From positions 34,300-66,299 of the forward strand of contig JAFXHJ010000001.1 in NCBI GenBank assembly GCA_017536445.1: a stretch of DNA of 32,000 nt, read 5' to 3'. A program made the position numbers and the translations under genes. The notes below the pieces were generated by a model. It saw nothing but the letters and a program-made list of their open reading frames with translations, did no database searches and was not told the origin of the DNA. Position 1 is the stretch's first letter; the number at the start of each line of letters is the position of its first letter. The stretch is from Clostridia bacterium (GTDB lineage Bacteria; Bacillota; Clostridia; TANB77; CAG-465). Shown one piece after another: positions 1 to 9,802 of this stretch.

Positions 1-332
1 AAGTTTTAGAAGCAGGAGACCACGTAGATGTACATGGTGTATCAAAGGGTAAAGGATTCCAAGGTGTTATTCACAGATATGGATTACACAGAGGACCAAC
101 AACTCATGGTTCTAACTATCACAGAAGACCAGGTTCTATGGGAGCTGGTACAAACCCAGGTAGAGTATTTAAGAATAAAAAACTAGCTGGACATATGGGA
201 CATGTAAATCGTACAGTTTTAAACCTTGAAGTAGTTAAAGTAGACGCTGATAAAAATGCAGTATTAGTTAAAGGTTCAGTACCTGGAGCTAAGGGAGCTA
301 CTCTAAATATTACTAAGAGTGTTAAAGCTTAG
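1..332 (+). CDS. rplC: 50S ribosomal protein L3, C-terminal part (5' end upstream of window)
   Basis: Frame is open from the window edge (codon phase from nt 3) and reads ...[56 protein letters not shown]..., a conserved L3 C-terminus. It lies directly upstream of rplD. Confidence 0.93.
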   Translation, partial: VLEAGDHVDVHGVSKGKGFQGVIHRYGLHRGPTTHGSNYHRRPGSMGAGTNPGRVFKNKKLAGHMGHVNRTVLNLEVVKVDADKNAVLVKGSVPGAKGATLNITKSVKA

Positions 333-349
333 GAAAGGAGAAAGTTAAA

Positions 350-970
350 ATGCTTAAAACAGACGTATTAGATATAACAGGAAAGAAAGTATCTGACATC
401 GAGTTAAATGAAGCAGTTTTTGGAATTGAACCTAACGAAGTAGTAGTACACCAAGTATTAGTTAACTTCTTAGCTAATCAAAGACAAGGAACACAATCTA
501 CAAAAACTCGTGCAGAAGTACGTGGTGGTGGTATCAAGCCTTGGAGACAAAAAGGTACTGGTAGAGCAAGACAAGGTTCTATAAGAGCACCACAATGGAT
601 AAAAGGTGGTATTGCTTTAGGACCAAAACCTAGAGATTACAGATTCAAACTACCTAAGAAAGTAAGAGCTTTAGCTATAAAATCAGTTCTTACAACTAAA
701 TTAGCAGAAAACAAACTAGTTGTAGTAGACAACATAGTATTAGATGAAATCAAAACTAAGAAAATGGTTGAAGTATTAAACAACCTTAAAGCTAACAAAG
801 CTTTAGTAGTTTTAAATGAAAAGAACCTAAACGTTCAAGCATCTGCAAGAAACATTGAAAATACAAAAACAACAACTGTTAATGCAATCAACATTTATGA
901 TTTATTAAGATTTGAAACTTTAGTATTAGATGTTAACGCAGTTAAAACTTTAGAGGAGGTGTACGCTTAA
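350..970 (+). CDS. rplD: 50S ribosomal protein L4
   Basis: 206 aa with the L4 motif [26 protein letters not shown]; AGGAG SD upstream; S10-operon order. Confidence 0.95.
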   Translation: MLKTDVLDITGKKVSDIELNEAVFGIEPNEVVVHQVLVNFLANQRQGTQSTKTRAEVRGGGIKPWRQKGTGRARQGSIRAPQWIKGGIALGPKPRDYRFKLPKKVRALAIKSVLTTKLAENKLVVVDNIVLDEIKTKKMVEVLNNLKANKALVVLNEKNLNVQASARNIENTKTTTVNAINIYDLLRFETLVLDVNAVKTLEEVYA

Positions 971-1344
971 TGTTATACGCAGAAGATGTTATAATAAAAC
1001 CAGTAATAACTGAAAAAAGTTATATGGAAATGGCAAATGGAAAATACACTTTCCAAACTAAAATAGATGCAACTAAGATCGATATAAAGAACGCAGTTGA
1101 AAAACTATTTAACGTAAAAGTATTAAAAGTAAATACAATGAGATATGACGGTAAGTCAAAAAGAGTTGGAGTACACCAAGGTAAAACAAATGCATGGAAA
1201 AAAGCTATAGTTACTATAGATACTAACCCAGCAGATGAAAAATACTTAACTAAAGGTGGAAAAGAAGTAAAAGTTGCTAAAAAATACAATACTGAAATTA
1301 CTGAAATCAGCTCAGCATTCGCAAACGAGGGGGGAAATAAATAA
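970..1344 (+). CDS. rplW: 50S ribosomal protein L23 with C-terminal extension
   Basis: The N-terminal ~95 aa are L23-like (IKPVITEKS..., KSKRVG...KKAIVT), followed by ~28 extra residues. TAATG overlaps at both ends. Confidence 0.9.
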   Translation: MLYAEDVIIKPVITEKSYMEMANGKYTFQTKIDATKIDIKNAVEKLFNVKVLKVNTMRYDGKSKRVGVHQGKTNAWKKAIVTIDTNPADEKYLTKGGKEVKVAKKYNTEITEISSAFANEGGNK

Positions 1345-2177
1345 TGGGAATTAAAACATTTAAACCAACCACTCCGTCTAGAAGAAATATGACAGCTCTT
1401 ACTAACGAAGAAATAACTAAAAATTCTCCAGAAAAATCTTTACTTACAGTATTAAAGAAAAACGCTGGTAGAAACAACACTGGTAAGATAACTGTTAGAC
1501 ACCACGGTGGCGGACAAAGAAGAAAATATAGAGTAATTGATTTTAAAAGAAATAAACTAGATATGTATGCAACAGTAATTGGTATCGAATACGATCCAAA
1601 CAGAAGTGCAAACATAGCTTTAATAGAATATGAAGATGGAACAAAATCTTACATATTAGCACCTAAAGGATTAACTGATGGAATGAAGGTTATATCTTCA
1701 GCTACAGCAGATATCAAAGTAGGTAACGCATTACCAATAAGTGAAATTCCAGTTGGTACAGAAATACACAACATAGAAATGCACAAAGGTAAAGGTGGAC
1801 AATTAGTAAGAGCAGCTGGTGAAGCAGCTCAATTAATGGCTAAAGAAGGAAAATACGCACACGTAAGAATGCCTTCTGGCGAAATGAGATTAATACCTGT
1901 AGTATGCTTTGCTACAATCGGTGTAGTAGGTAACTCAGATCACGAAAACGTATCATACGGTAAAGCAGGTAAAACAAGACATATGGGCGTAAGACCAACA
2001 GTAAGAGGATCTGTAATGAACCCTAACGATCACCCACATGGTGGTGGTGAAGGTAGAGCTCCAGTTGGACACGCAGGACCTATGACTCCTTGGGGTAAAC
2101 CAGCATTAGGATACAAGACTCGTAAGAAAAACCATAGAACTGATAAGTTCATAGTTAAGAGAAGAAATAGAAAGTAG
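1344..2177 (+). CDS. rplB: 50S ribosomal protein L2
   Basis: 277 aa with the L2 motifs [18 protein letters not shown] and [13 protein letters not shown]. Confidence 0.97.
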   Translation: MGIKTFKPTTPSRRNMTALTNEEITKNSPEKSLLTVLKKNAGRNNTGKITVRHHGGGQRRKYRVIDFKRNKLDMYATVIGIEYDPNRSANIALIEYEDGTKSYILAPKGLTDGMKVISSATADIKVGNALPISEIPVGTEIHNIEMHKGKGGQLVRAAGEAAQLMAKEGKYAHVRMPSGEMRLIPVVCFATIGVVGNSDHENVSYGKAGKTRHMGVRPTVRGSVMNPNDHPHGGGEGRAPVGHAGPMTPWGKPALGYKTRKKNHRTDKFIVKRRNRK

Positions 2178-2190
2178 GAGGTAACATACT

Positions 2191-2472
2191 ATGTCAAGAT
2201 CACTAAAAAAAGGACCTTATGTAGATGCAAAACTTTTAGCAAGAGTTGAAAAAATGAATGAAACTGACACTAAAGATGCACTTAAGACATGGTCAAGATC
2301 ATCTACTATATATCCTCAAATGATAGGTCACACAATTGCAGTTCATGACGGAAGAAAACATGTACCTGTATATATAACAGAGGAAATGGTAGGACACAAG
2401 TTAGGCGAATTTGCTCCAACAAGACTTTTCAGAGGTCACGCAGGAGACAAAAAGAGCAAACTTAGCAAATAA
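2191..2472 (+). CDS. rpsS: 30S ribosomal protein S19
   Basis: 93 aa: [12 protein letters not shown]...[27 protein letters not shown]. Confidence 0.97.
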   Translation: MSRSLKKGPYVDAKLLARVEKMNETDTKDALKTWSRSSTIYPQMIGHTIAVHDGRKHVPVYITEEMVGHKLGEFAPTRLFRGHAGDKKSKLSK

Positions 2473-2492
2473 TAATTAGGAGGAAACAAGAA

Positions 2493-2828
2493 ATGGAAGC
2501 AAGAGCTGAATTAAAATTTGCACGTATCAGTGCAAGAAAAGCTAAAATTGTTTTGGACCTAATAAAAGGTAAAGAAGCAAAAGAAGCGCTAGCTATACTT
2601 AAATATACAAACAAAGCAGCTAGCCCTATCGTTTCTAAAATCCTTAAATCTGCTATGGCTAACGCAACAAACAATCATTCAATGAATGAAAACAAACTTG
2701 TTGTAGCAGAAGCTGTTGCAAATCAAGGGCCAACAATGAAAAGAATAAGTCCAAGAGCTCAAGGTAGAGCATATAGAATAAGAAAAAGAACTAGTCACAT
2801 AAGAATAGTTCTAAAAGAAGTAGAATAG
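2493..2828 (+). CDS. rplV: 50S ribosomal protein L22
   Basis: 111 aa: [18 protein letters not shown]...[17 protein letters not shown]. Confidence 0.96.
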   Translation: MEARAELKFARISARKAKIVLDLIKGKEAKEALAILKYTNKAASPIVSKILKSAMANATNNHSMNENKLVVAEAVANQGPTMKRISPRAQGRAYRIRKRTSHIRIVLKEVE

Positions 2829-2840
2829 GAGGAAGTATTT

Positions 2841-3500
2841 ATGGGTCAAAAAGTAAGTCCACATGGTTTAAGAGTAGGCATTATAAAAGACTGGTCTTCT
2901 AAATGGTATGCAAATAAACAAAACTTTGCAGATTACTTAGTAGAAGATAACAAAATTCGTAAATATCTTAAAGAGACTTTAAAAACTGCTGGAATTTCTT
3001 CTATCAACATAGAAAGAAAAGGAACAGAAGTTAAAGTAAACGTAATGGCAGCTAAGCCTGGTATGATCATCGGTAAAGCTGGTGCTGCTATAGAAGAACT
3101 TAAAAAGAAATTAGAAAAAATGACAGGTAAAACAGTATCTTTAAATATCGTTGAAGTTAAAAACTTAGATATGGATGCTACACTTGTTGCAGAATCTATT
3201 GCTTCTCAACTAGAAAGAAGAATATCTTTCAGAAAAGCAATGAAACAAGCAATGGCTAAAACAATGAAAGCTGGAGCTAAAGGTATCAAGACTCAAGTGT
3301 CTGGACGTTTAGGTGGAGCTGAAATAGCTAGAGCTGAACATTATAGTGAAGGAACAATACCTCTACAAACTTTAAGAGCAGATATCGATTATGGTTTTGC
3401 TGAAGCATTAACTACATATGGTATCATCGGTGTTAAGGTTTGGATATATAAAGGTGAAGTTCTACCACAAAGAAAAGAAGCTAAAGGGGGTAACAAATAA
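2841..3500 (+). CDS. rpsC: 30S ribosomal protein S3
   Basis: 219 aa: [18 protein letters not shown]...[17 protein letters not shown]. Confidence 0.97.
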   Translation: MGQKVSPHGLRVGIIKDWSSKWYANKQNFADYLVEDNKIRKYLKETLKTAGISSINIERKGTEVKVNVMAAKPGMIIGKAGAAIEELKKKLEKMTGKTVSLNIVEVKNLDMDATLVAESIASQLERRISFRKAMKQAMAKTMKAGAKGIKTQVSGRLGGAEIARAEHYSEGTIPLQTLRADIDYGFAEALTTYGIIGVKVWIYKGEVLPQRKEAKGGNK

Positions 3501-3937
3501 TGTTAGTACCTAAAAGAACAAAATTTAGAAAAATGCAAAAAGGTAGAATAAAAGGAAATGCTACAAGAGGAACAAAACTTGTACATGGTGAATATGGAAT
3601 AGTTGCATTAGAACCAACTTTCATAACTAACAACCAAATAGAAGCTGCCAGAATAGTAATTTCTAAATACACTAAAAAATACGGTAAATCTTGGATTACA
3701 ATATTCCCAGATAAGCCAATAACTAAAAAACCTGCAGAAACAAGAATGGGATCTGGTAAAGGTAACCCAGAATATTTCGTAGCAGTTGTTAAACCTGGTA
3801 GAGTAATGTTTGAAATAGCTGGATTAAGCGAAGCTGAATCAAGAGAAGTACTTAAAAAAGCTATCCAAAAGCTTCCTATCAAATGTAAAGTAATTTCTAA
3901 GGAAGAAAGCCTAGGAGGTAATGACAGTGAAAAGTAA
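3500..3937 (+). CDS. rplP: 50S ribosomal protein L16
   Basis: 145 aa: [16 protein letters not shown]...[24 protein letters not shown]. Confidence 0.97.
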   Translation: MLVPKRTKFRKMQKGRIKGNATRGTKLVHGEYGIVALEPTFITNNQIEAARIVISKYTKKYGKSWITIFPDKPITKKPAETRMGSGKGNPEYFVAVVKPGRVMFEIAGLSEAESREVLKKAIQKLPIKCKVISKEESLGGNDSEK

Positions 3938-4238
3938 TAAATTAAATGATTACAAAAAGATGGATGAAAAAGCACTAGTTGAAGAACTACAAGCTTTAAA
4001 ATCTGAGTTATTTAAATTAAGATTATCACTTGCCATGAACGGCTTAGATAATCCTAACAAAATAGCAGAAACTAAGAAAAATATAGCTAGAGTTAACACA
4101 ATCTTAACTATGAAACAAAATGGTGTAGAAGTTGTAGTTAAAGAAACAGCTAAAAAAGAAAAAGCAGCAAAAAAACCAGCTGCAAAGAAAACAGCTAAAA
4201 AAGCAGAAGCAACAGAAGCTGTAGAAGAAAATAAGTAG
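3921..4238 (+). CDS. rpmC: 50S ribosomal protein L29 with Lys/Ala-rich C-terminal tail
   Basis: L29 core ([44 protein letters not shown]) followed by a ~40-aa K/A/E-rich tail. The start could instead be GTG 3927, which is better spaced from GGAGG at 3914-3918. Confidence 0.9.
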   Translation: MTVKSNKLNDYKKMDEKALVEELQALKSELFKLRLSLAMNGLDNPNKIAETKKNIARVNTILTMKQNGVEVVVKETAKKEKAAKKPAAKKTAKKAEATEAVEENK

Positions 4239-4250
4239 GAGGATAAACTA

Positions 4251-4505
4251 GTGGAAAGAAATGCAAGAAAAACTAAAATAGGTAAAGTAGTTTCAAATAA
4301 AATGGATAAAACTATAGTTGTAAGAATAGACACTAAGTTTAAACATCCACTTTATAATAAAATCATGAACAAAACATTAAAAGTAAAAGCTCATGATGAA
4401 GAAAATGTATGTGGTATTGGTGATACAGTAGAAATAATGGAAACTAGACCACTAAGTAAAGATAAAAGATACAGACTAGTTAGAATAGTAGAAAAAGCTA
4501 AGTAA
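4251..4505 (+). CDS. rpsQ: 30S ribosomal protein S17
   Basis: 84 aa, GTG start after AGGAGG; [19 protein letters not shown]...H.LY.K motif pattern; operon position. Confidence 0.95.
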   Translation: MERNARKTKIGKVVSNKMDKTIVVRIDTKFKHPLYNKIMNKTLKVKAHDEENVCGIGDTVEIMETRPLSKDKRYRLVRIVEKAK

Positions 4506-4524
4506 TTGAAAAGGAGGAACTACT

Positions 4525-4893
4525 ATGATACAACAACAATCAGTTGTTAATGTCGCAGACAACACAGGAGCAAAAAAATTAATGTGTATAAGAGTACTTG
4601 GTGGACACCACAGAAAATGGGGTAACATCGGAGATGTAATCGTAGCTTCTGTAAAACAAGCAACACCAGGTGGCGTTGTAAACAAAGGCGACGTAGTAAA
4701 AGCAGTAATTGTTAGATCTAAAACTGGACTAAGACGTCAAGATGGATCATACATAAAATTTGATGAAAATGCAGCTGTTATCATAAAAGATGACAAGACT
4801 CCAAAAGGAACTCGTATCTTTGGACCAGTTGCAAGAGAGCTTAGAGATAAAGATTATATGAAAATAATATCTCTAGCACCTGAAGTACTTTAG
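4525..4893 (+). CDS. rplN: 50S ribosomal protein L14
   Basis: 122 aa: [27 protein letters not shown]... Confidence 0.97.
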   Translation: MIQQQSVVNVADNTGAKKLMCIRVLGGHHRKWGNIGDVIVASVKQATPGGVVNKGDVVKAVIVRSKTGLRRQDGSYIKFDENAAVIIKDDKTPKGTRIFGPVARELRDKDYMKIISLAPEVL

Positions 4894-4906
4894 GAGGTAA
4901 AGCACA

Positions 4907-5245
4907 ATGGTAAAAAATATTAAGAATGAAGCTAAAATCAAACTAAGAGTAGATGACACAGTTATCGTAAACTCTGGTGTAGATGCAGGCAAAAAAGGTA
5001 AAATACTAAAAGTACTTAAAGCAGATAACAAAGTAGTTGTTCAAGGCGTTAACGTTAGAACAAAACATACTAAACCTAGAAGACAAGGAGAACAAGGCGG
5101 AATAGTTAAAGTTGAGTCTCCTATCCACGTATCAAAAGTAAATTACTACTGCGATAAATGTGGTAAAGGTGTTAAACTTGGAGTACAAGTTAAAGACGGT
5201 AAAAAAATAAGAGTATGCAGAAAATGTAATACTGAAATTAAATAA
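4907..5245 (+). CDS. rplX: 50S ribosomal protein L24 (Cys4 zinc-ribbon variant)
   Basis: 112 aa with a KOW region (DDTVIVNSGVDAGKKGKILKV) and a C-terminal CDKCG...RVCRKCN. Confidence 0.94.
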   Translation: MVKNIKNEAKIKLRVDDTVIVNSGVDAGKKGKILKVLKADNKVVVQGVNVRTKHTKPRRQGEQGGIVKVESPIHVSKVNYYCDKCGKGVKLGVQVKDGKKIRVCRKCNTEIK

Positions 5246-5255
5246 GGAGGACTAA

Positions 5256-5798
5256 GTGATGGATCTTAAAGAAAGATACACAAAAGAAGTTGTGCCTGCA
5301 TTAATGACTAAATTTGGTTACAAATCTATAATGCAAGTACCAAAACTTGAAAAAATAGTTATAAATATGGGTGTTTCTGATGTTAAAGATAACTCTAAAG
5401 CATTAGATATCGCTGCAAAAGATCTTGAAGCTATATCAGGTCAAAAGCCTCTTATAACAAAAGCTAAAAAATCAATAGCTGCGTTTAAGTTAAGAGAAGG
5501 TATGAATATCGGATGCAAAGTTACTTTAAGAAGAGAAAAAATGTATGATTTCGCTACTAGATTATTTGACGTAGCACTTCCTAGAGTAAGAGACTTCAAA
5601 GGTCTTTCAACAAAATCTTTTGATGGAAGAGGAAATTATGCTTTTGGTATTAAAGAGCAAATGATATTCCCAGAAATCGAATTTGATAAGGTAGATAAAG
5701 CTCGTGGTATGGATGTTATATTCGTAACAACAGCTAAGTCAGATGAAGAAGCTAAAGCTCTTCTAGAACTACTTGGCCTACCTTTTGCAAAGAATTAA
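5256..5798 (+). CDS. rplE: 50S ribosomal protein L5
   Basis: 180 aa: [40 protein letters not shown] 5256 or ATG 5259 could be the start, after AAGGAGG. Confidence 0.96.
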   Translation: MMDLKERYTKEVVPALMTKFGYKSIMQVPKLEKIVINMGVSDVKDNSKALDIAAKDLEAISGQKPLITKAKKSIAAFKLREGMNIGCKVTLRREKMYDFATRLFDVALPRVRDFKGLSTKSFDGRGNYAFGIKEQMIFPEIEFDKVDKARGMDVIFVTTAKSDEEAKALLELLGLPFAKN

Positions 5799-5811
5799 GG
5801 AGGAAAGTTTA

Positions 5812-5997
5812 ATGGCTAAAAAATCAATGATAGCTAAACAACAAAGAACACCTAAGTTTAGCACAAGATATTATAACAGATGTAAATTGTGCGGAAGACC
5901 ACATGCCTATATTAGAAAGTATGGTATATGCCGTATATGCTTTAGAGAATTAGCATATAAAGGTGAAATACCAGGCGTTAAAAAGGCTAGCTGGTAG
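5812..5997 (+). CDS. rpsN: 30S ribosomal protein S14 type Z (zinc form)
   Basis: 61 aa starting [33 protein letters not shown]...CRICFRE (CxxC...CxxC). ATG 5812 follows AAGGAGG; the track start at 5773 would overlap rplE and is not needed. Confidence 0.95.
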   Translation: MAKKSMIAKQQRTPKFSTRYYNRCKLCGRPHAYIRKYGICRICFRELAYKGEIPGVKKASW

Positions 5998-6014
5998 TAA
6001 GGAGGAACGTAAGA

Positions 6015-6410
6015 ATGAATTTAACAGATCCTATAGCAGATATGTTAACTAGAATAAGAAATGCAGCAAAGCAAAAACATGCAACTGTTGACGTTCCTTA
6101 TTCAAAAGTTAAAGCTGAAATATCAAACATACTATTAAACGAAGGCTTTATTGCTGATAGAGAAGTAGTAGAAAATGGAACACATAAAAATATAAGAATT
6201 ACTCTTAAGTATAAAGAAAATAAATGCGTAATCCAAGGTCTAAAGAGAATCTCTAAACCAGGTCTAAGAATTTACGCTGAAAAAGAAGAATTACCAAGAG
6301 TATTAAATGGATTAGGAATAGCAATTATTTCTACATCAAAAGGTATTGTTACAGATAAAGTAGCAAGAAGAGAAAACGTTGGTGGCGAAGTAGTCGCTTA
6401 CATATGGTAA
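6015..6410 (+). CDS. rpsH: 30S ribosomal protein S8
   Basis: 131 aa: [13 protein letters not shown]...GGEVVAYIW. Confidence 0.97.
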   Translation: MNLTDPIADMLTRIRNAAKQKHATVDVPYSKVKAEISNILLNEGFIADREVVENGTHKNIRITLKYKENKCVIQGLKRISKPGLRIYAEKEELPRVLNGLGIAIISTSKGIVTDKVARRENVGGEVVAYIW

Positions 6411-6423
6411 GGGAGGAGAAAAT

Positions 6424-6960
6424 ATGTCTAGAATAGGAAATAAAGCTATAACAGTTCCAGCTGGAGTAGAAGTTACAGTAAACGGAAATCACGTTGTAGT
6501 AAAAGGACCAAAAGGAACATTAGAAATGGACACTGTAAAAGAAGTTGCAGTTAAAGTTGAAAATGGAACTATAGTGGTTATGAGAGACAACGATGAACAC
6601 AAAGCATTACATGGACTAACAAGATCCCTTATTGCAAATATGGTTACAGGTGTAACAGTAGGTTTCGAAAAGAAACTTGAAATAAATGGTGTTGGTTACA
6701 GAGCAGCTAAACAAGGAAACAAACTTGCTTTAACGCTAGGTTACTCTCATCCAGTTGAAGTATTAGATACTGCAACAGTTAAAACTGAAGTACCAGATCC
6801 TAACACAATATTAGTAAAAGGAATCGACAAACAAGAAGTTGGAGAATTCGCAGCTAAGATAAGAGAATACAGATTACCAGAACCATACAAGGGCAAAGGA
6901 ATCAAATACGCTGATGAACGTATAATTAGAAAAGAAGGAAAAGCCGGCGGCAAGAAGTAA
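6424..6960 (+). CDS. rplF: 50S ribosomal protein L6
   Basis: 178 aa: [19 protein letters not shown]...[11 protein letters not shown]. Confidence 0.97.
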   Translation: MSRIGNKAITVPAGVEVTVNGNHVVVKGPKGTLEMDTVKEVAVKVENGTIVVMRDNDEHKALHGLTRSLIANMVTGVTVGFEKKLEINGVGYRAAKQGNKLALTLGYSHPVEVLDTATVKTEVPDPNTILVKGIDKQEVGEFAAKIREYRLPEPYKGKGIKYADERIIRKEGKAGGKK

Positions 6961-6972
6961 GGAGGATAAAAA

Positions 6973-7332
6973 ATGAGAAGTAGAGATAGCAAACAAGCAA
7001 AAAGAGAAGCTAGACAAAGCAGAGTAAGAGCTACTGTAAAAGGTACAAGCGCAAGACCAAGACTTTGTGTTAACAAAAGCTTAACAAACATTTATGCACA
7101 ATTAATTGATGATGAAACTAGAACTACACTTGTTTCAGCCTCAACTCTTGACAAAGAGGTTACAACTAAAGCTTCTAACGTAGAAGCAGCAAAAGAAGTA
7201 GGAACTTTAATTGCTAAACGTGCATTAGAAAAGAAAATAGATACAGTAGTATTCGATAGAAATGGTTACTTATACCATGGAAAAGTTAAAGAATTAGCAG
7301 AAGCTGCAAGAGCAGCAGGACTTAAGTTTTAA
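6973..7332 (+). CDS. rplR: 50S ribosomal protein L18
   Basis: 119 aa: [20 protein letters not shown]...[26 protein letters not shown]. Confidence 0.97.
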   Translation: MRSRDSKQAKREARQSRVRATVKGTSARPRLCVNKSLTNIYAQLIDDETRTTLVSASTLDKEVTTKASNVEAAKEVGTLIAKRALEKKIDTVVFDRNGYLYHGKVKELAEAARAAGLKF

Positions 7333-7352
7333 GGTTAGGAGGAAAATAAACA

Positions 7353-7892
7353 ATGACTGATACTAAACAAGTTAAAGAAAACAGACAACGTAGAGAAAAA
7401 AGAGAAGACAGAACACCTGAATTCAAAGAAAAAGTTGTTTACGTTGGACGTGTTGCTAAAGTTGTAAAAGGCGGAAGAACATTTAGATTTAGCGTACTTG
7501 TAGTAGTTGGAGATGAAAAAGGAAGAATTGGTGTTGGTTCAGGAAAAGCATCAGAAGTTCCAGAAGCTATCAAAAAAGCTACAGATGCAGCTAAGAAAAA
7601 CTTAATAAAAGTTCCAGTTGTAAACGGAACAGTACCTCATGAATATACTAAGAAACTTGGTTCTTCAATCGTAATAATCAAGCCAGCTCCAGAAGGTACA
7701 GGTGTTATCGCTGGTGGTGCTGTAAGACCAGTTCTTGAACTTGCAGGAATTAAGAATGTTACAGCTAAAACACTAGGATCTCGTAATGGAAGAAACGTAG
7801 TACTTGCTACAGTTGCTGCATTACAAGAAATGAGAACAGTTGAACAAGTGGCAGCAGCAAGAGATATTACAGTAGAAAAATTATTGAAATAA
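7353..7892 (+). CDS. rpsE: 30S ribosomal protein S5
   Basis: 179 aa: [24 protein letters not shown]...[19 protein letters not shown], with a basic N-terminal extension. Confidence 0.96.
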   Translation: MTDTKQVKENRQRREKREDRTPEFKEKVVYVGRVAKVVKGGRTFRFSVLVVVGDEKGRIGVGSGKASEVPEAIKKATDAAKKNLIKVPVVNGTVPHEYTKKLGSSIVIIKPAPEGTGVIAGGAVRPVLELAGIKNVTAKTLGSRNGRNVVLATVAALQEMRTVEQVAAARDITVEKLLK

Positions 7893-7918
7893 TAGTATAA
7901 GAGAGGAGGATGACCTAA

Positions 7919-8356
7919 ATGGAAATACATAATTTAGGACCAGCTGTTGAAAAGAAATCTAGAAATAGAGTAGGTCGTGGAATTGGAAGCGGTAACGGAA
8001 AAACTGCTGGAAAAGGACATAAAGGACAAAAAGCTAGAACAGGTGGAAAAATAAGAAGAGGGTTCGAAGGAGGACAAACTCCACTTTATAGAAGAATCCC
8101 TAAACGTGGATTTAATAACATATTTAGCACTGAATACGCTACAATTAACGTTTCTGATCTTGAAAGATTCGAAAACGGTACAGTAGTAAATATGGAACTT
8201 TTAGTTAAAGAAGGATTAGTAAGACGTGAATTAGCAGGACTTAAAGTGCTTGGTAATGGAACACTTACTAAGAAAGTAACAGTTGAAGCTAAAAAGTTCA
8301 CTGATGCAGCTAAAGAGAAAATAGAAGCAGTAGGTGGAAAGATAGAGGTGAAATAG
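7919..8356 (+). CDS. rplO: 50S ribosomal protein L15
   Basis: 145 aa: [25 protein letters not shown]...[18 protein letters not shown]. It follows rpsE after only 26 nt, leaving no room for rpmD. Confidence 0.96.
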   Translation: MEIHNLGPAVEKKSRNRVGRGIGSGNGKTAGKGHKGQKARTGGKIRRGFEGGQTPLYRRIPKRGFNNIFSTEYATINVSDLERFENGTVVNMELLVKEGLVRRELAGLKVLGNGTLTKKVTVEAKKFTDAAKEKIEAVGGKIEVK

Positions 8357-8357
8357 T

Positions 8358-9662
8358 ATGTTTGCAACAATAAAAAATATGTTTGTAGTAAAAGACATTC
8401 GTAAGAAGATACTATACACTATATTTATAATACTTTTATTCCGTATTGGTACATTCATAACAGTACCAGGAATAAACAAACTGGCATTTATAGAAGCTTT
8501 CGAAGCTCAATCAAATGGAATACTTGGAACAATAAACATTATTTCAGGTGGAGCATTCAGTAGACTATCTATATTTGCGATGACTATATCACCATATATC
8601 ACAGCATCAATCGTACTACAACTTCTTCAAACTGTTATCCCAAGTTTAGAAAAACTTGCTAAAGAAGGAGAAACAGGAAGAAAAAAATTAGGTAGATACA
8701 CAAAGATGTTAACAATGGCATTTGCAGTTGTTGAAGCAATTGGTCTTTACCTAAACTATAGAACAGCAATGTTACCAGCATTATCTGTTGGTGCAATGAA
8801 AGTTGTTGGGATGATAATGTTTGTAGTAAGCATGACAGCAGGTACAGCATTATTAATGTGGCTTGCAGATAAAATTACAGAGCACGGAATTGGAAATGGT
8901 GTGTCAATGATTATCTTCGTAGGTATCGTTTCAGGTGCACCAGGAGCAATAACAGCTCTAGCAGAATTTGCAGCAATTAGAAAACTTAATATATTAATAG
9001 TAGCAGGTGTTGTAATTGCATTTATTGCACTTCTAGCAGGTGTAATATTTGTACAACAAGCTGAAAGAAGAATACCAGTAAATTATGCGAAACGTGTAGT
9101 TGGTAGAAAAATGTATGGTGGACAAAATACACACATACCATTAAAACTTGCAATGGCTGGTGTAATGCCAATCATCTTTGCAATGTCATTCTTAATGATA
9201 CCAGGTACAATAATTCAATTAGTAACAAAAGGTGCAGCAACAGGATTTTGGGGAGTAGTTCTTAAAATATGTTCAGCAGCTCCAGGTTGGTATCTAGTAG
9301 CATATGCTATTATATACATGTTATTAATAGTTGGATTTACATTTGTATACACAATGTTTACTGTTAATCCTGTGGAAATGTCTAACAATTTAAAACAAAA
9401 TGGTGGATTTATCCCAGGTATAAGAGCAGGAAAGAACACAGCAGATTATATTAATAAGGTTCTTACTAATATAACTTGGTCTGGAGCAATATTCCTAGCA
9501 TTAGTTGCAGTACTTCCAGTAGCATGTCAAGGTTTAATGCCTGGACTAGCACTATCATTTGGTGGTACTACAATACTTATCGTAGTAAGCGTTGCTATAG
9601 AAACATTAAAGACTATAGAAACACAAATGGTTTCAAGACATTACGATGGTTTCTTAGACTAA
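8358..9662 (+). CDS. secY: preprotein translocase subunit SecY
   Basis: 434 aa, polytopic: RIGTFITVPGIN...ISPYITASIVLQLL...GNGVSMIIF. Canonical position after rplO. Confidence 0.97.
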   Translation: MFATIKNMFVVKDIRKKILYTIFIILLFRIGTFITVPGINKLAFIEAFEAQSNGILGTINIISGGAFSRLSIFAMTISPYITASIVLQLLQTVIPSLEKLAKEGETGRKKLGRYTKMLTMAFAVVEAIGLYLNYRTAMLPALSVGAMKVVGMIMFVVSMTAGTALLMWLADKITEHGIGNGVSMIIFVGIVSGAPGAITALAEFAAIRKLNILIVAGVVIAFIALLAGVIFVQQAERRIPVNYAKRVVGRKMYGGQNTHIPLKLAMAGVMPIIFAMSFLMIPGTIIQLVTKGAATGFWGVVLKICSAAPGWYLVAYAIIYMLLIVGFTFVYTMFTVNPVEMSNNLKQNGGFIPGIRAGKNTADYINKVLTNITWSGAIFLALVAVLPVACQGLMPGLALSFGGTTILIVVSVAIETLKTIETQMVSRHYDGFLD

Positions 9663-9681
9663 TAAGAAAATATAAAAAAGT

Positions 9682-9713
9682 TGTTCAAAGTTTAACTTTG
9701 GGCATCTTTTTTT
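9682..9713 (+). terminator. weak rho-independent terminator after secY
   Basis: Stem 9682-9690 / 9696-9704 (9 bp including 2 G-U pairs), loop TTTAA, then TCTTTTTTT. Confidence 0.5.
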
Positions 9714-9749
9714 ATATATAAATATGTGTGAATTTATATAGACGGTACA

Positions 9750-9778
9750 TTGACCATAAAACAAATTTGTTATATCAT
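9750..9778 (+). promoter_or_regulatory. sigma-A-type promoter for the inserted 508-aa gene
   Basis: TTGACC (9750-9755), 17 nt spacer, TATCAT (9773-9778). Confidence 0.45.
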
Positions 9779-9802
9779 TATTTGTATAAGAGGGTGAATA
9801 AT

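Noticed and set aside
5773-5811. Upstream-extended starts offered by the ORF track (5773 for rpsN, 9728 for the 508-aa gene, 15182 for the Big_2 gene, 18502 for rpoA, 24807 for truA, 26872 for DUF1385, 31969 for the 4-TM gene)
   Set aside because: In each case an internal ATG has a proper SD at 5-10 nt and gives the canonical N-terminus. The longer versions overlap upstream genes or lack an SD.
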